The notes beneath the pieces were generated by a model. It was not told where the DNA came from, did no database searches, and worked only from the letters and a program-made list of their open reading frames with translations. A DNA stretch of 64,000 nt from the NCBI GenBank assembly GCA_051294375.1, contig CM119271.1:9166120-9230119 (forward strand), written 5' to 3'. Position 1 is the stretch's first letter. The number at the start of each line of letters is the position of its first letter. Of this stretch, positions 11,130 through 25,200 are shown piece after piece. Source of the DNA: Paraspadella gotoi (Eukaryota; Animalia; Chaetognatha). The position numbers were made by a program, and so were the translations under genes.

Positions 11130-14100
11130 CGACGTTCAGTTCATTATATTGCGAACTAAATTACGATTATTAAAAAATTTAGTTTTATTTTCGCTAAATT
11201 CTTTCTCTGTCTCTCCACCTAGTATGTCTGTTTTTAAACGTACAATGATCATACTCACATTCTTCGTCTGCACTCGGTATACATTTTAAATTTTTCTTCT
11301 TTTCAGATTTTTTTGTTTGGTTCGAAAGTTTAGATCCATTCGTGAGAAAAATATTTCAGAGAGGTCGTTGAACCTTTGATAAAAAAAGGAGTTTGGAAAA
11401 AAAACATCTTAACTTTTCACCGACAGAATAACAATAAACATAACAACAACAAAACACCGCACAAGTTTTTTCTCGCATTGATCTCCTCTTCTCTAAAACT
11501 ACGCCCCTATCCACTTCCGCCTCCATCACAACAACAACAGACAATGGCCTCGACGACGGCCAAGAAGGAAGAAGCGCGGTGAAGATCCGGTCCGACCCGA
11601 TGGTAGAGCTGCTTTGACTCGATCCCGGCGCCGGTATCTCGTTCCGCCCGAACCGGAAATCGGCGAGCGCTGCTGGAGATTTGAGACCGACGACTCGGAG
11701 GACGAGCGGGAATGTTCTGGGCGCAAGAAGTTGTCGGGGAAGAGTGTTTGAAGAGTCTGAACGCCGCAGGAGATCAGGGATCATGAGGGACGTGTCAAGG
11801 TGGGGACGGTGGGAGGCAAGGGGCGAAGGCCGAGGTGGGCGTTGGGTTTGCGATGGGTTTTAAAGTAGTTTTTTTTGGGGGGGAGTATTCCTTTTTGTTA
11901 AAAAAAAAAGCCATTTGGATCGACACTTTCAAACACTTTCTTGTCAACTAATATTACATTGTTTTTATTTTTTCACAAGTTATTTCAATATTTTACGATT
12001 TGTGCGTAGTTTGTAAAAAATTATCCCTCATCTTTGACACTTTTGGTTTAATTTCATAGGTCCTTTAAAATGTTTGACTACCCGATGCACTCGATTTAAA
12101 AATTTTCGTGGTGAAAAATCGTAACCAAAACGATAACGCATTACTGAAATAGTGAATAAATTAATCATTTAATTTTTGAGAATGGTGTTATTTTCTGTAT
12201 TCTTTGAAATACATTCGTCATTAATTTTTGGCTTCGAGTGTTTCAGAAGGACGAAAAAAATTAAGCTCGACGCACGTTGAAGAGTTCGTCCTTTCTGATT
12301 CTTTCTCTCAATCTCCAATAATTTTGTTTTTTAATGAAATAAAACTCGCAAAGATGCAAGTGTTTATTGTAAAAGGTGATCCATAATCAAGGATTGGAGA
12401 AAAAAAGTTCGTTGCTCTCTCCTTATTATTGTTTTTACTGTTGTTTCAGTTTATTTGATGAGTTGAACTGCGAAATGATGATGGATGATTGACAAAAATA
12501 TCGGATCGAGGCCGCTGATGTCACCGGCACAAATAAACGGCTTCTGCGAAAAAAAAAAAAGATAAGAAGAATCGTGATTTATCGCTTTTATTAACCAGCT
12601 ATTTTAGAAATATTTACCATAAAAAAAAAGAAAAGGGCTGTGGTTGCGTCCACAAGGGTGGTTTTCTGTGTAAATCGTCACTCATATTTAAAACTCTTAG
12701 GGAATTTTAAGCAAGTTTTAATTAATCTGCAAATTCATTAACCAAAAAACGTCGCTCGCTACTTTCGACCTTTCAAAAATAGGATGACTTTATCTCGAAT
12801 CGTAGTTTGCCGTCATCAGTTTTGCTCCAGATTGATAATAATGGATCCATAAACTTGTTCGTGGCCCAAATCTCTTTTTCCGCAATCCTCTCTTTCTCAT
12901 ACCCCAAATCTAACCGCCCCCGCCCGTACCCCCCTGAAGGCCTTCGACTTTGTAGAACAAAGGCGTCATCGGCCCGCTGAGGTTTACAGGGCGATGCGAG
13001 CGCTGGGCTTTCGGATTGACGCGCGAGAAGTTTGGGCGATGATAAACGAAATGTCCGTCGCGCTCCAATGGTGGAGAGCGCGAGAGAGAGAGAGAACGAG
13101 AGAGAGACGAAGAAGAGAGAGAGAGACGACGAGAGAGAGAAGAGAGAAGAGAGAGAGAGAAGAGAGAGAGAGAGTGACTGTTGCGTGAAATAAAGAATAA
13201 AAGAAAAACAAAAACAATTTTTTTTTTTTTTTCAAATAATCAATATTCAACAAACAGAGATCGAAATCCATCGAGAATCAGAATTCCAGAATCGATCAGC
13301 TCCCTGTGTCTCCGAATGAAGCATCTCCTCAAAAACTTTTGCTCCGAACTGCGCGGGTCTTCAACCCAATCGCACTCTTCCGGTTCCCAATAGTGACAAG
13401 GCGTGCCCGTTGAGAGAGTGGTCCCTGCCCCAGAGGAGTGTCGCCGTACGACCGGAGGTTAGCGTTTGTCCGGACGAGACGCGATGTTTCGTACACTGAC
13501 GATTTGATCGCACATTTTCCATCGCAAGCCATATGATCCGAAGAAACCTTCGAAGGCGTGAATGTTTATTTCTCGATCACAAATCATTCTTAGCTTTGAA
13601 TCCTTTTTGCTTCTTTTACTTAGGTAAGTAAATACTTACCCGATGTTGGGGAAAGTCTTTCGATCGAACCTGATTCGCCGAAAGTAAGTTTGGCACCACG
13701 TCCGTGCGACCCCATAATCCATTCGGGTTTCGCGATTAAAACGCGGACTTCAGAGTACTTTCCTCCTTTTAATTATATAAGTAAATATAATACGTACAAT
13801 ACTAATATTATTATGATAGTAGTATTTTTGCATACAAAGAATAAAACCAAAGAATTGTTCACTGAAAGGATTTTTGGTTGAACTTTATGTTTACATACAA
13901 AAAAAGTCTTTACGTAAATAACTAAATAATGAATATTGAATGACTATGAATGGAATGGGGAGGGGGAAAGTCCGATCATGTCATGATTCATGATTCATAA
14001 TTTTAAAATTGAATTTGACCACGCTTTTTTTTTTAATCGAACGCATTTCGCGACTTTGAACATTACTTCTTTTTTGAATTCGAAAAGAGAGAAAACTTTG

Positions 14101-16288
14101 ATCTTCAGACCTGAACTCGACAAAATTGTGGAAGAACTTGTATTCGGGTTTCCCCCACCACTTGGTGTAGTTCAAATCCCTCGCCCCGGGATCCCAAACG
14201 ACCATCGCTTCGTCTCGTCTACGAAAGAGTCGATCCTCCAAGAATTGACACGGCCCACTCGACGCATTTGCTGTTGACGAGACGAACCGTCGTCTTGGCG
14301 CCGACGTCCGACTCAAATCCGTCGGTGGGGGCTGGTTAAACCGAAAAACGGCGTCAGGGGCGTCGATTTTGGAGCCGAGACGCCGCCCGAGAAGCGCGCC
14401 GGAGCTGGAAACGACGCCGCACGAACGAAACCGGCGCTCGTCGGGGAAGGATGGGACGGGGTGGGAGGACGCCGTGGAAGTCAGACAGGGAGGCAAAGGG
14501 TTCGTCTGGTATCTACGAGGTGTTGGAAGCGAAGGCGGCGACGTTTCAGATTGCAGAGGACGTCGCGTCGAGATTCGCCTGAAGGGATCGTCCGGAGCTG
14601 CGACCTTCGATCGCGAATCAGAGACAATGAAAGAGTCACTCGTCGGATCTCGAAATTCTATAATCAGATTGAAGAGAATTGTTGTCATCCGCTAAGACAA
14701 AGAAAATCCACAAACAACGCAACGACGAGGTTGATAGAGAGACTGTCGCCGTCGCCATGGTCTTCTGAGTTCTGATAAAAAGAAAAAAAAAGGTTTTCAG
14801 GCTTTCGAAGTTCACATTTAAAATTCGCCCCCGAGTTCACCGTTTTCAGAGTTTCTTCTATTTCTTTTGGTCTTCCAAACTGAATTTGCTCAAGGGATTT
14901 ACGGTTAATATAGAACCTGCTTTCGATTCTGAACAAAAAAGAGACGGCCGACACGATTCCTGGTTTTCTGCGGTTCGGCCCCTTTCGTTCCTTATTTAGC
15001 TTTCTTATCGATTTTTTTTTTGTTGTTGTCGCCCGAAATCTTCGTGTCAGAGCATAGCGCGAATTCGCTGCGCACCAAGAATGGAGTTCCCTGCGTCGCG
15101 TGGCTGCGCGTCTGCGTGGGATTGTCTTTCGGAATTTTATATGAGGCCAAAAAATCGATTGGTCGAATGCGTGCGGGCATGCGTGCACGTAATAGAGAAG
15201 AAGAGTTAAAATTAGCTGAAACTCTGGCGAACATTGTCTTTATAAAAAGAACAAGTTTGAGCAAACGATGTCGGATCTGCCTACGATAATTAAGCGGGTA
15301 ATCAGCTAATCAGATGAAAATGATGATAATTTTTAATCATTTGTGATCATAACAGATCGTACCATACCAAATCAATGGCTTGCGCATTGCGCATATACAT
15401 GTAAATCGCTTGCAAGGGATTAACTGAACTGTTACTATGTACAAACAAATAATTTTTTTACACTATTATTATTTTTTCAACTTTTATTTTTTTTCATCTT
15501 GCAACATTTTTTAACAGGCATAATTTTTACAACTTGCATCATTTTTTTCAACTGCGCATAATTTTTTCATNNNNNNNNNNNNNNNNNNNNNNNNNTTGAC
15601 TGACTTATGTTTTTTCCATTTAACTCATTTCCACTTAGACGAAACTTTATTTCCAGCTTAATCACACACTTTTCTACCCACATACATACATACTTACATA
15701 CATCAAATCACGAGTAATTGGAGTTTTTTGCTCAGGTAGGACGGACGGACAGACATTATTTTTTTGCATAATTCGATGAGGGGCGGACCGACGGACCCAC
15801 AAAGTGAATTATAGAGTCGGGATCCGACTAAAAAGCGAGAATCTTTAACTTTAGGCACATCTGAATGCAGGTTCATAAGCGAATGTTGGACCGAAACTTA
15901 GTTGCTTACTTTTGAGGAAACTTAAACAAATACGTTCACATATTGCCCATTGATTAATATTCCTTTATTTCATCAGGCGTCGACTTCAATGAATTTCTCG
16001 ATATCATCATCGATTCGCAAGGTTACGTGTAAATTAATTATGACAGCAAGTATTGCAATATCCAAATATTGATCAGTCTGTCAGTCAAAAAAGATTTTTA
16101 TTGTAAAAGCTGAAGGCCTGACTCTGTCAACTTCTCCCACCATCCTTTCACCAGGCGACGACCGCGACGTCTTGGACGAGATTCTTCAAGGTTTCGCCCT
16201 CTTCGACGTCGACGGCTCAGGCCGCATTGGACTGGAAGCGCTTCGACGTGCCTCTCGAGAAGCCGGCCTCTCTTTCAGTGACGCCGAG
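11130..16288 (+). other. Redundant forward copy of 3897-8900 (centrin-like 11544-16288 +; ST6Gal-like 13247-14758 -)
   Basis: Same sequence with dense single-base indels up to the 25-N gap at 15571-15595, and clean afterwards. Confidence 0.9.
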
Positions 16289-19200
16289 TAAGGGGTTTTC
16301 GCCCTAAAATCTTAAGTAAAATTAAAATTAAAAAACTTTAAGAAATGAGTTTCTGAGAGTTCCAACAAAACTAAATCTCAAAACATTTTTTTAAGTTACA
16401 GCATTTTATATAAAATATATTACAAAAAAACCTATCAAAAAAAAACCCATACTTTCCAAAAAGCTTTCAGCGCGCTTTCCTTGTAACCATTTTGATAGTA
16501 CATCACGGGAGTCGCGGCATAAGTCCCTGTAAATACGAAAGAGAAAAAGGTTAATTGATGTATGACATGTTATTGAAACAAAAAAGAAATTCATCGATAC
16601 AATCAATGAGAAGCATTAAGAACAAAAAAGCTCCCCTCTGTCTCTCCGTTCTATCTATGGCTTCTGCTCTTGTCCCGGTCTTGTCTGAATCAAAGGTCGG
16701 CTCCCGCCCACGCCACTCTCACGACCTCCCTCTTTCATAAAACTCTCACCTTTCCCGGCGTTCATGTATCCTCGTTTGATGACGTCGACTGGGACCCACG
16801 CACGTCGTCACGAATCCGGTGATAAAAGGCGGAGACGAAGTGAACAAGGGTAGGTTGTCTGTCAAGCAAATCCAGGATCGTGATGATGAAAGCCTTGGTT
16901 GTAGTCGTAGCGTGAACGAATGTCGCACGCGTTCACGATGCAGTTCACGGGCAAAATGTTCGGAGTCGCGCCCTTCCACAATCCTCGGACACCTGGCGGG
17001 GAAAATTAAGAACCAAATGGGAATATTGCCTAGAAAAATAAATAATTAAAACTATGATCGGCCCCATACATCCCGAGTCCTCACCTTCGTCCCTAGCGAT
17101 GGTCTTGGTTACACGTTCCATGTTGGACCCCGAGTAGCGCTTGGCCTGACCAGGCGGTGGCAGTCCGCTTGCAATCCGCACTCTGACCAACGTCGGGTGG
17201 GCTGCGCGGTGAAGACGGGCCATCGGCCCCGGTGGTCGATTCCCGCCAGGATGCGGATCGCGGGTGACGCGCGTTGCTCGCTCGGCGAATCCGGCGTCAA
17301 CAGTGCGGAGAGATTCAAGGGGGGGCGTTAAACTAAATGGTCCGCGTTACGCGTCCATCCGGCCGTAAGCCGAACGCGCTGGCTTCGCCCACGGATTTTA
17401 CGTTTCGCAGTAGAATCCTTTCACGGAATCGTAGAGTCCAATGCGAACGGAGGCGAAGCACATTTGTCGTTGAGACCCGGAACCAACCGCTGTATAAAGC
17501 GCGGGCTCCTTCTCCCTGTTATATTTGAAGGTTAATATTTTATTTTTTAACGAATATATAAATAACGCAAATATAACTCAAAAATATAAGAAGTGGCGAA
17601 TACCTCGTTATGGTGGTGATGGTTCCGACGACGCCCCACGGTACTTGAAATTTTTGGCTGTGATTTGAGCTTCACGGCGTTTGGATAATTGGGGCGGTCC
17701 GGTGATCGCCCGTAACGCAAATGCCTAATTAGAAAGCAAAAAAAAAATCGTATATGCATTTTTAACTAATAATTGACACGCTTTATGACAGAAATATACG
17801 CCCGAGCATGACTAAGGTACTAACTTGAACAAAAGCTAGCGAATTGAAATTTTCCATACCTGGAAAAACCAATCCAAACAAAATGTATCTTTTCGAAATA
17901 ATAGAAGAATAAAATCACCGCAAATAACCAATAATTCTTAATATATAACACCAAAGGTCCAAAGTCCCTTACAATTTTTCCTGCTCTTTACCTTTCAACA
18001 TGTGGCGACTTCGGAGCTCAAGGTAGGAAGGAACAAAATCACTTAATATCCGTCTATTTAATTAAGGCTTCTCGCGAAGCTTAAACTGGATGAAAAATTT
18101 GTCTTTTGGCTTTAATTTTCACAACGACGCTTCAACCTGAAGTCCATCGTCTGGCTATTACAGCGGTAGCGGCTGTGCCGGGTGAGGGTCGGTGGCTCGA
18201 TCCCTGGATTTGAAGCCGCACCTTTGCCGTGTCCAGAGGAAAAGTGGCCAGGTCCGCGCTCAAATCGCCGCGAATCCTATTAGTATAGTATAAATGATTT
18301 TTGAATTATTTTATTAATACTAATAAAAAAAATCCAAAGCATAAAAAAAGCCATACCTAGGAAAACCATTTTTGATTCCGCAAAGTCGGTGCATGTTGGG
18401 CGAGCAGCTCTTTGAAGCCAACCATTTTTTCTTATTTTCTTGTACGACTTGGGAGATTTTGTATTCTTTAGCAATATATCGTCGAAAATATGTTTTTAAA
18501 CTTGAAACTTTTCTTCTGTCTTTTAAACTAGGAATCTTCAGGTCTCGAATTTGGAAAAGCCTGGATTGGGATAAAAAAAAATTCCTTAAAAAATTCATAA
18601 AATTCTTCGTGTATTTCGGATCACGTCTACCGGTGCAGGCAGGTGGAGCTTGAAGCGGGGAAAAGGGGCTTTGGCTAGCTGAAGTCTGCGCAGGGTGATG
18701 ATCGACGCTGGCGATGTCGGAGGAGCGGAAAAAGTCTTTCTTCAAAGACTAAATGTCAAATGTTGTCGAGTGTTTTCATTGCAGAGACTGCAATGTGAGT
18801 ATTGGCCTCGCGGCGGGAGTTTATCACGGTGGGGGTAATCCACTTGAGAAGCGAAACGTAGCCCTCTTCCATTGAAATTGGCGATGGCTACTTTGACGAA
18901 GATGACGGGGGGGTTTATTTCGCGGTCGATGACGAAGATATAAAGTATTGATGAGCGTCGAAGGGGCGATAACGCGAAGAGAAAAGCGTGGTCCGTAAAA
19001 ATAAACCTGCCTTTCTAAAAGAGAGAAAAAAAGAAAAAAAAATACAAACAAAGTATTGTATTGCGTCTTTCCCTCTTCTATATAAATTTTATAGAAGAAT
19101 TAAATGATCGAAACTAAAAAACGAAACTGAATATTTTCTCGATTAACAAGGCGAAATTATTTAAAAAGAGCGAGGAGGAGGAAGAGGGAGGAGGAAGAGG

Positions 19201-22200
19201 AGGTGGATGTGGAAAGAAGCGAGAAAAAAATTGGTAGAAAGAGGCGACTTGAAGGATTAGGGATAATCCACGGTATCAATGTAATAACGGGAGACGTTGA
19301 CTCCCCGATTCTCGGATGTATATTTGAAGAGGGACGAGAAGGGATGGAACCGCAAACCAAGCTTGGTTCGCAGTGATGTCAATGACGAATGAAGACGAAG
19401 ATTTCGTGTATTTTGTGACGCTGAGGAAAGTTTGGACTTTTGTAAAAAACATTTGAAATAAACAGACCAGGTTACCTTTTTGACGGACAATAATGGGATT
19501 AATGACCCGACTTTAGAAATAGGACTTGCGGGCGGTGGAGGTTGGTGAGTGGAAAACTACGTTTACGAGGAGACGGAAGAGATGGAGAGAATGTGAGAGA
19601 GAAGAGAGGATTGAGGGGAAAAAAGGAAGGAGAGAAGCAGAGAAGGAAGAGGAAGGGAAGAACGAGAGAAGCTATCGCCCCTTGTCGAAGCTGCAAGCGT
19701 TCTAGCCCAGCCGGTTATAACTGGGATGTTCAGGATTATAAATTAGAATTAACGTAAGGTGATAAAATCCAGTACCGCAATTAATTTAATTTTTATTATC
19801 GGTCGTTGCATTCTGCAGTAGCTTATTAAAATGGCGTTTCGTAGCCTTTTTAAATATTCGACTAGCATTTTAGTACTATTATTATGAATTTATTTGGCAA
19901 GTAGAAATGGTCAAGAAAAACGCGTTGTTGCTCAGGAGTGTTGCCATAACTTATGACGGACCTTCTATGGATCGGATCATGCCAATACTGCGATTAAAAA
20001 TCGTTGAATATTCTCTGTTCGTTTCTCAGTTTTTAATTAAGACTTGTATTGAACGTTAGACATGATATCTTGCTAGGCTCTCAAGCAATCTCTTCCTATC
20101 TCTCTCTCACACGCGAAAAAAACTCACACTAAATGTTAGGTCAATGACCTGTGTTTTTTAATCTTAATGGATTAATACACAATTCATTTGAAATCCCAAC
20201 TGATTCCATAAATAACGAAGACGCCGACGTGTTTTATATCTACTTCCTGCAAAAGATTTTCACTGACCATTTTTTTTTTTTAATTTGAGCTTAGGCAATT
20301 ACAAATTAGTAACTTTTAATTACTTAATGACTAAAACACTTTATAAGTTTATTAAGTTGTGGAAAACACATTCAAGCTATCTGCCTCATGCCATTGATCA
20401 TGGACGATCTGTTGGCATTGGTGTCAGCCTTTTTTCAGCGACTCCACTCGACAATGTTTTTCACCATACAACTGCGTTTGGCGTCAACTGACTTGAACCG
20501 GATTAAAGATATCGGAATCGTCCACCGAGGACGCCCTGTCAACGCTTTTCCGGTTGTCATGCTTCGAGGTTTCGTGCGTCAACTTTCGACGGCCTACGCA
20601 TGAAGTCGACTTCGACATTCTGAGGTGCGCACCCGTACGATCGATACTTGCACCGCATGGAGAAAATGCGGCATTCCTTGCGCATCATGAGCCGAGAGGC
20701 TGATGAATAGGCGAGATTAAAAGTGACGACCACAAAATCTCCGCCAGTCCAGAGAACGAAATTAAGAATTCCAATGGAAGCCTGATTCAATCACTTCAAA
20801 CTCTTCACCCAAGCCTAAACAAGTCCACCACCCACGTCGAAGCGCCCAAGGGAGAGTTTTTGCGGACGTATTGCTTCTCAAGGGGCCTCATGTTTGACCA
20901 TATCGTCGCCATCATTGGCGACCTTGGACATTCGTTTTGGGAGAGGTCGACCGCTGAGAGGTCCTTGCCACTGGCCCTGTCGCAGTGGGCTTACAGAGAA
21001 ATTGGACTATGATACGCTTGTGTTGCGGATTTGGTTTTTATCATTATAATTTTGTGTTTTTTAAGTATGGTTTATTTTGATATGGCTGTATCATTTGGTT
21101 CTTGTTTTTATTTCAGAGAAATGGAAAAATAGGTCAGCAAGAATAAAAAACATTTCTGACTTTAAGTTAAATTGTTCGAAATTATAGATCGCTTTTAATT
21201 TATAATTTTGTAGTTTACGATAGCCATTCTTGGTGACTCCGATGTATTTATTCATTTAATTTTTACTAGTATGAGAAACAAAGGTATACTGGTCTCGTCG
21301 GACGTAGTCTCATCGACATCGCTCTTTTGATCTATGTAAATTTTATTTACATAATAAAATTATGTTTGATGTGAGTCGGGGCAATTGAATAAGTTCACCT
21401 CGCCTATAATCAATAACATCTTCGGTCGTTGACCCTGTGGCTCATTTCAGCAATAACCACAGCTTATTGCCCATTATACAAGTAGCCGGGATCCGTCCCC
21501 AAGGTGCTTACCCTACGGCCGTAAACCGCTTTATCTTAAATGACCTCAAGTCCTGTTTCCAAGCCCAAGACCCGTTTCATACTGCAAGAGGGTTTAAAAA
21601 ACTTATCGGATTGCACTCTAAGCCTAGTTATGCAGCTTATCCCTTTTTTTTAATTTTATATATAATTTTTTATAAATAATGTTATAAGTCTTCCCAAGTT
21701 CTCTTCACTTCAAATTAAATCTGTCATCCCCCTTTTTTCAAGACTAAATATTGTTTATCGGTAAATTTAAAAATTTTCTTCATCAACGACGTCGACGTTA
21801 CCGTTCGAAACTTCATAAAAACGAAAATTATCGTCTTGGTCGCCCCAGTGAACTGTTCAAATACTCAGTGGACGGGTCGGATCATGTGTAAAATGTTCAT
21901 CTCTACTAAAAATCTGAGCGTAAATAAATAATTAATTTTAGTATAAAAACAGAAATTACAGCATCAAAAATAAAAGAGAAGGTTAATACAATTAGCCAAT
22001 CAAAATAAAAATTTCAAAGATTTTTCCGATCAAGACAAAATTGAATTTTTTTTTTCTGAAATGAAAAAAGCAATTAAATTTATTGCCATTTAAATTTTTT
22101 TTAAGAATGAAAAATATTTTAAATGACTTAGAACGCGTTGTTTAATTTTCAGTGTATTTCTCTCGTACTCGTAACCATGGTGCATTATTTTGAAACCCGA

Positions 22201-25200
22201 CGCTATGAAAAATTCTAACCCATTTGAAAACCACCAAAGAATTCTTTACAATGATTTTTACAAGATTTTTCCAAGTTCGATTTCTCTGTGAATGAGCGTA
22301 AAAACAGTCATATTTTTTATTTATAACATTTTATTATATCATTCATTTCGGGTTTGACATTCGGTAACAAGCGAGAAGATAAAATTAAAGAGAATCATAT
22401 TTTCAAAACAGAAAATGATTTGTCATAAAATTGCCTCTTTTTTAACATTGATAATGAGGCTGCAATCAATCGCTTTCATAAAATTAATTAAATAATTATA
22501 AATTTAAGAAAAAATCAGAAAAAAAACGTATCAGGAAATTTTATGATGATCTTAAAACAGTATTAGCGAACAGTTGATAATCCTTTTTAACTATATTAAG
22601 GCTCATTAGTTTCTTTTCTACATCATACCTTCCAAAAATCTTACTTTTAGGCTGTTTTTTATTACTTATATATAACACTATGTTATATTAATCCTATTTT
22701 TAAAATTTACAATAAATGTTTATGATAAATTGATGTGCGTGGAATTTATTATGAATTTATTAATTATGTCAATCATATAATCAAATCAACTCAAGTAAGT
22801 CAATCAGTTAATTCGTTATCGGCAATATTGTCGTGTCCCCATCATCGTCGTTGGCTTTATCGTGACGTAAAGACATAAAAAACAAACATGTCGGATCCAA
22901 TCTAATCATTAATTTTGACTAATTAATTAAATTGAATTAATTACCCTTTTTTGTCAAATACACGAAAAGTTAAATATCCAATTCAACGTAAAAAATGATA
23001 ATAAAACAAGTGAGAGGAATTTTTTTTTCGATTCGGCTCTCTTCTCTCACTTCCAAGGCAAAAGAGAACGCAGTTTGATACGATATAGAACATGTGTTCG
23101 TTTGGCGTAATTCTTATTTTTACAAATGATAAAAACTCTTTTTTTTCATTTGGTCCAATTTTTATTAAATCGCAAACGGGTTCATTGTCACGATGTAAAA
23201 GCTAAGACGTAACTGAAAACGAATATTACAGTACTACAGTCCTTTGGATTTAATAGCCGTTTTCATACTTCTTCTTAAAAAAACAAACCGCAGTTGACGT
23301 AAAATGACCACCTACACCCGCCCTTGGACGCGGAACGGCGGCTTGGATGCGCGGCCTCCCGGTAGCTTTCTCACCCATTCTCATCATGGCGCTTAACAGC
23401 AAAATACCTTTGGCCACATCATCGCTGCATCTCCGCACGAACCTATTCCCGAAAGCGTCCGTCGTCGCGCTCTCGCAGCATCGTTTCCGGTCATACTCTC
23501 CGTGGCCAGTTTTCGTCGGTCCAATCGTCGCTGCGCTTATCAACAGGTAAAAGAGTTTTCCGTTTTATCAGTGCCCTAAACGGTTTACCCCTTCGAATGC
23601 GAAATGGACGTTTAACATTGTCAAAATAATCCCCAGGAATGTTCGCCGAGACAAATTTTAAATAGTTAGCAGGCCCCTCGAATGTATATCCTGCGTGGCC
23701 GCCGCTTTCCTCCAGTTTCTACGCCACTTTCACTTCTCTACTGCGAATCGGTTTAGGTAACGATACCGGTGACGATAAACCTAAAAAAAAAATTTAGTAT
23801 AAAACTAATTTCGTTGCCTCGATAACTCAATAGGCGTCCGCTTATGGCGCCAGGTTGGACGACGGGCCGTCACCGTCGGTCATATCAATACTCTCGTCCG
23901 CGACGTTCCTTGGGCTTATGGCCTTGTGTCTGAGCGGCAACGGCGTCGGCGGATTCGTCGTTCGCCGATGATCAACTACTTCATCGAAGAGTTCGGACTC
24001 CACGCGCGCCTTCCCTTCTCACGGAGGAGTCGCGCTTTAAAACTCGTCCTTGCGGCGCTTGTGCCCGCCGAATCGCCCGATAATTACGACGCCCCCCCCC
24101 ACGCGACGCTCGAAAATCGTTAATCAGATGGCGCTATCGAAAACCGAAACTGATCTCCAATAGCCCATCACCCGATTCCCATCAATGGACAGCAAAAGCT
24201 AAAAATGTGCAAAGACAATGCTGCGTCCAGCCGGACTATCTGCAATGGACGGCAGTGGACTTAATTTAGAATTGATATTTTTAATCGGTCTTCCTGGCTT
24301 TACATTTCTGGTAACGCAGTTCACGAGGAAATAATACTTTGGTCAACTTTGTTTGCTCCTTTCAAGATTATTTAGAAATAATGTATACTGATCACTACGT
24401 CTTTAAACGCAGCTTCTCCCATCGGTATGCCGTGCGTATGGTCGGGCGCCATTTTTCTACCTTCCCTCATGTTGGAGAAAGAACTTTACATCGCCAAGAA
24501 TCGGCATTCATATTATCAAGCAATGGTTATCAGCTGCTCGTTGGTTTGTTTGTATTTTTATTCACTCTAATTATTTTTTTAATTATTGATATTGATTAAT
24601 ACATATTATTAACTATATATTAATACATATATTCTTCCTCATCCCTCAGCGTTCTCGTGGTGGGCTCCATCCTGATTTGTCCCGTGGCCTCGCACGCCGA
24701 CCGTCACTTCGTCTTTGTGATCGTGATTCTGTTTCGTCTGCTTTCGATTTCCTGCCCCTTATTCTTCGATCCTACTCGGCATTCTTCATATACGGAGTGT
24801 TCAGAGGGTCAACGATTGGCGCGTGAGTATTTTGGAGTGTTAGTGAAACTCGTGTGATTATTTGATGATAGATCCTTATTGAATGATTACCCCTTATATG
24901 GCTTTGGTCTAAGTAACCCGGCTATAAAGAATGATCACTGATCTAATGCAGCTAAAGGTGGTCTTCAACAAAAGCCCAATTGCTTTTATGCTTAATCCAG
25001 TTACGTGATGCTCGGACCTGGTCTGGCTGGACCCTGATGGGTCGAGAGAGGATCCGCGATCTCATTGGCTTGCTCCATTTCGTCCTCGGCGTCGGCGCCA
25101 TCCAGTTTCCGCTGGGCTCCGCCCAATTCGTCGCGTCGCCGGCCTCCTACGCACGCCGCCTTTTTTCTACGACGCGGCAGCTGCAGGGAATGGCCTGTCT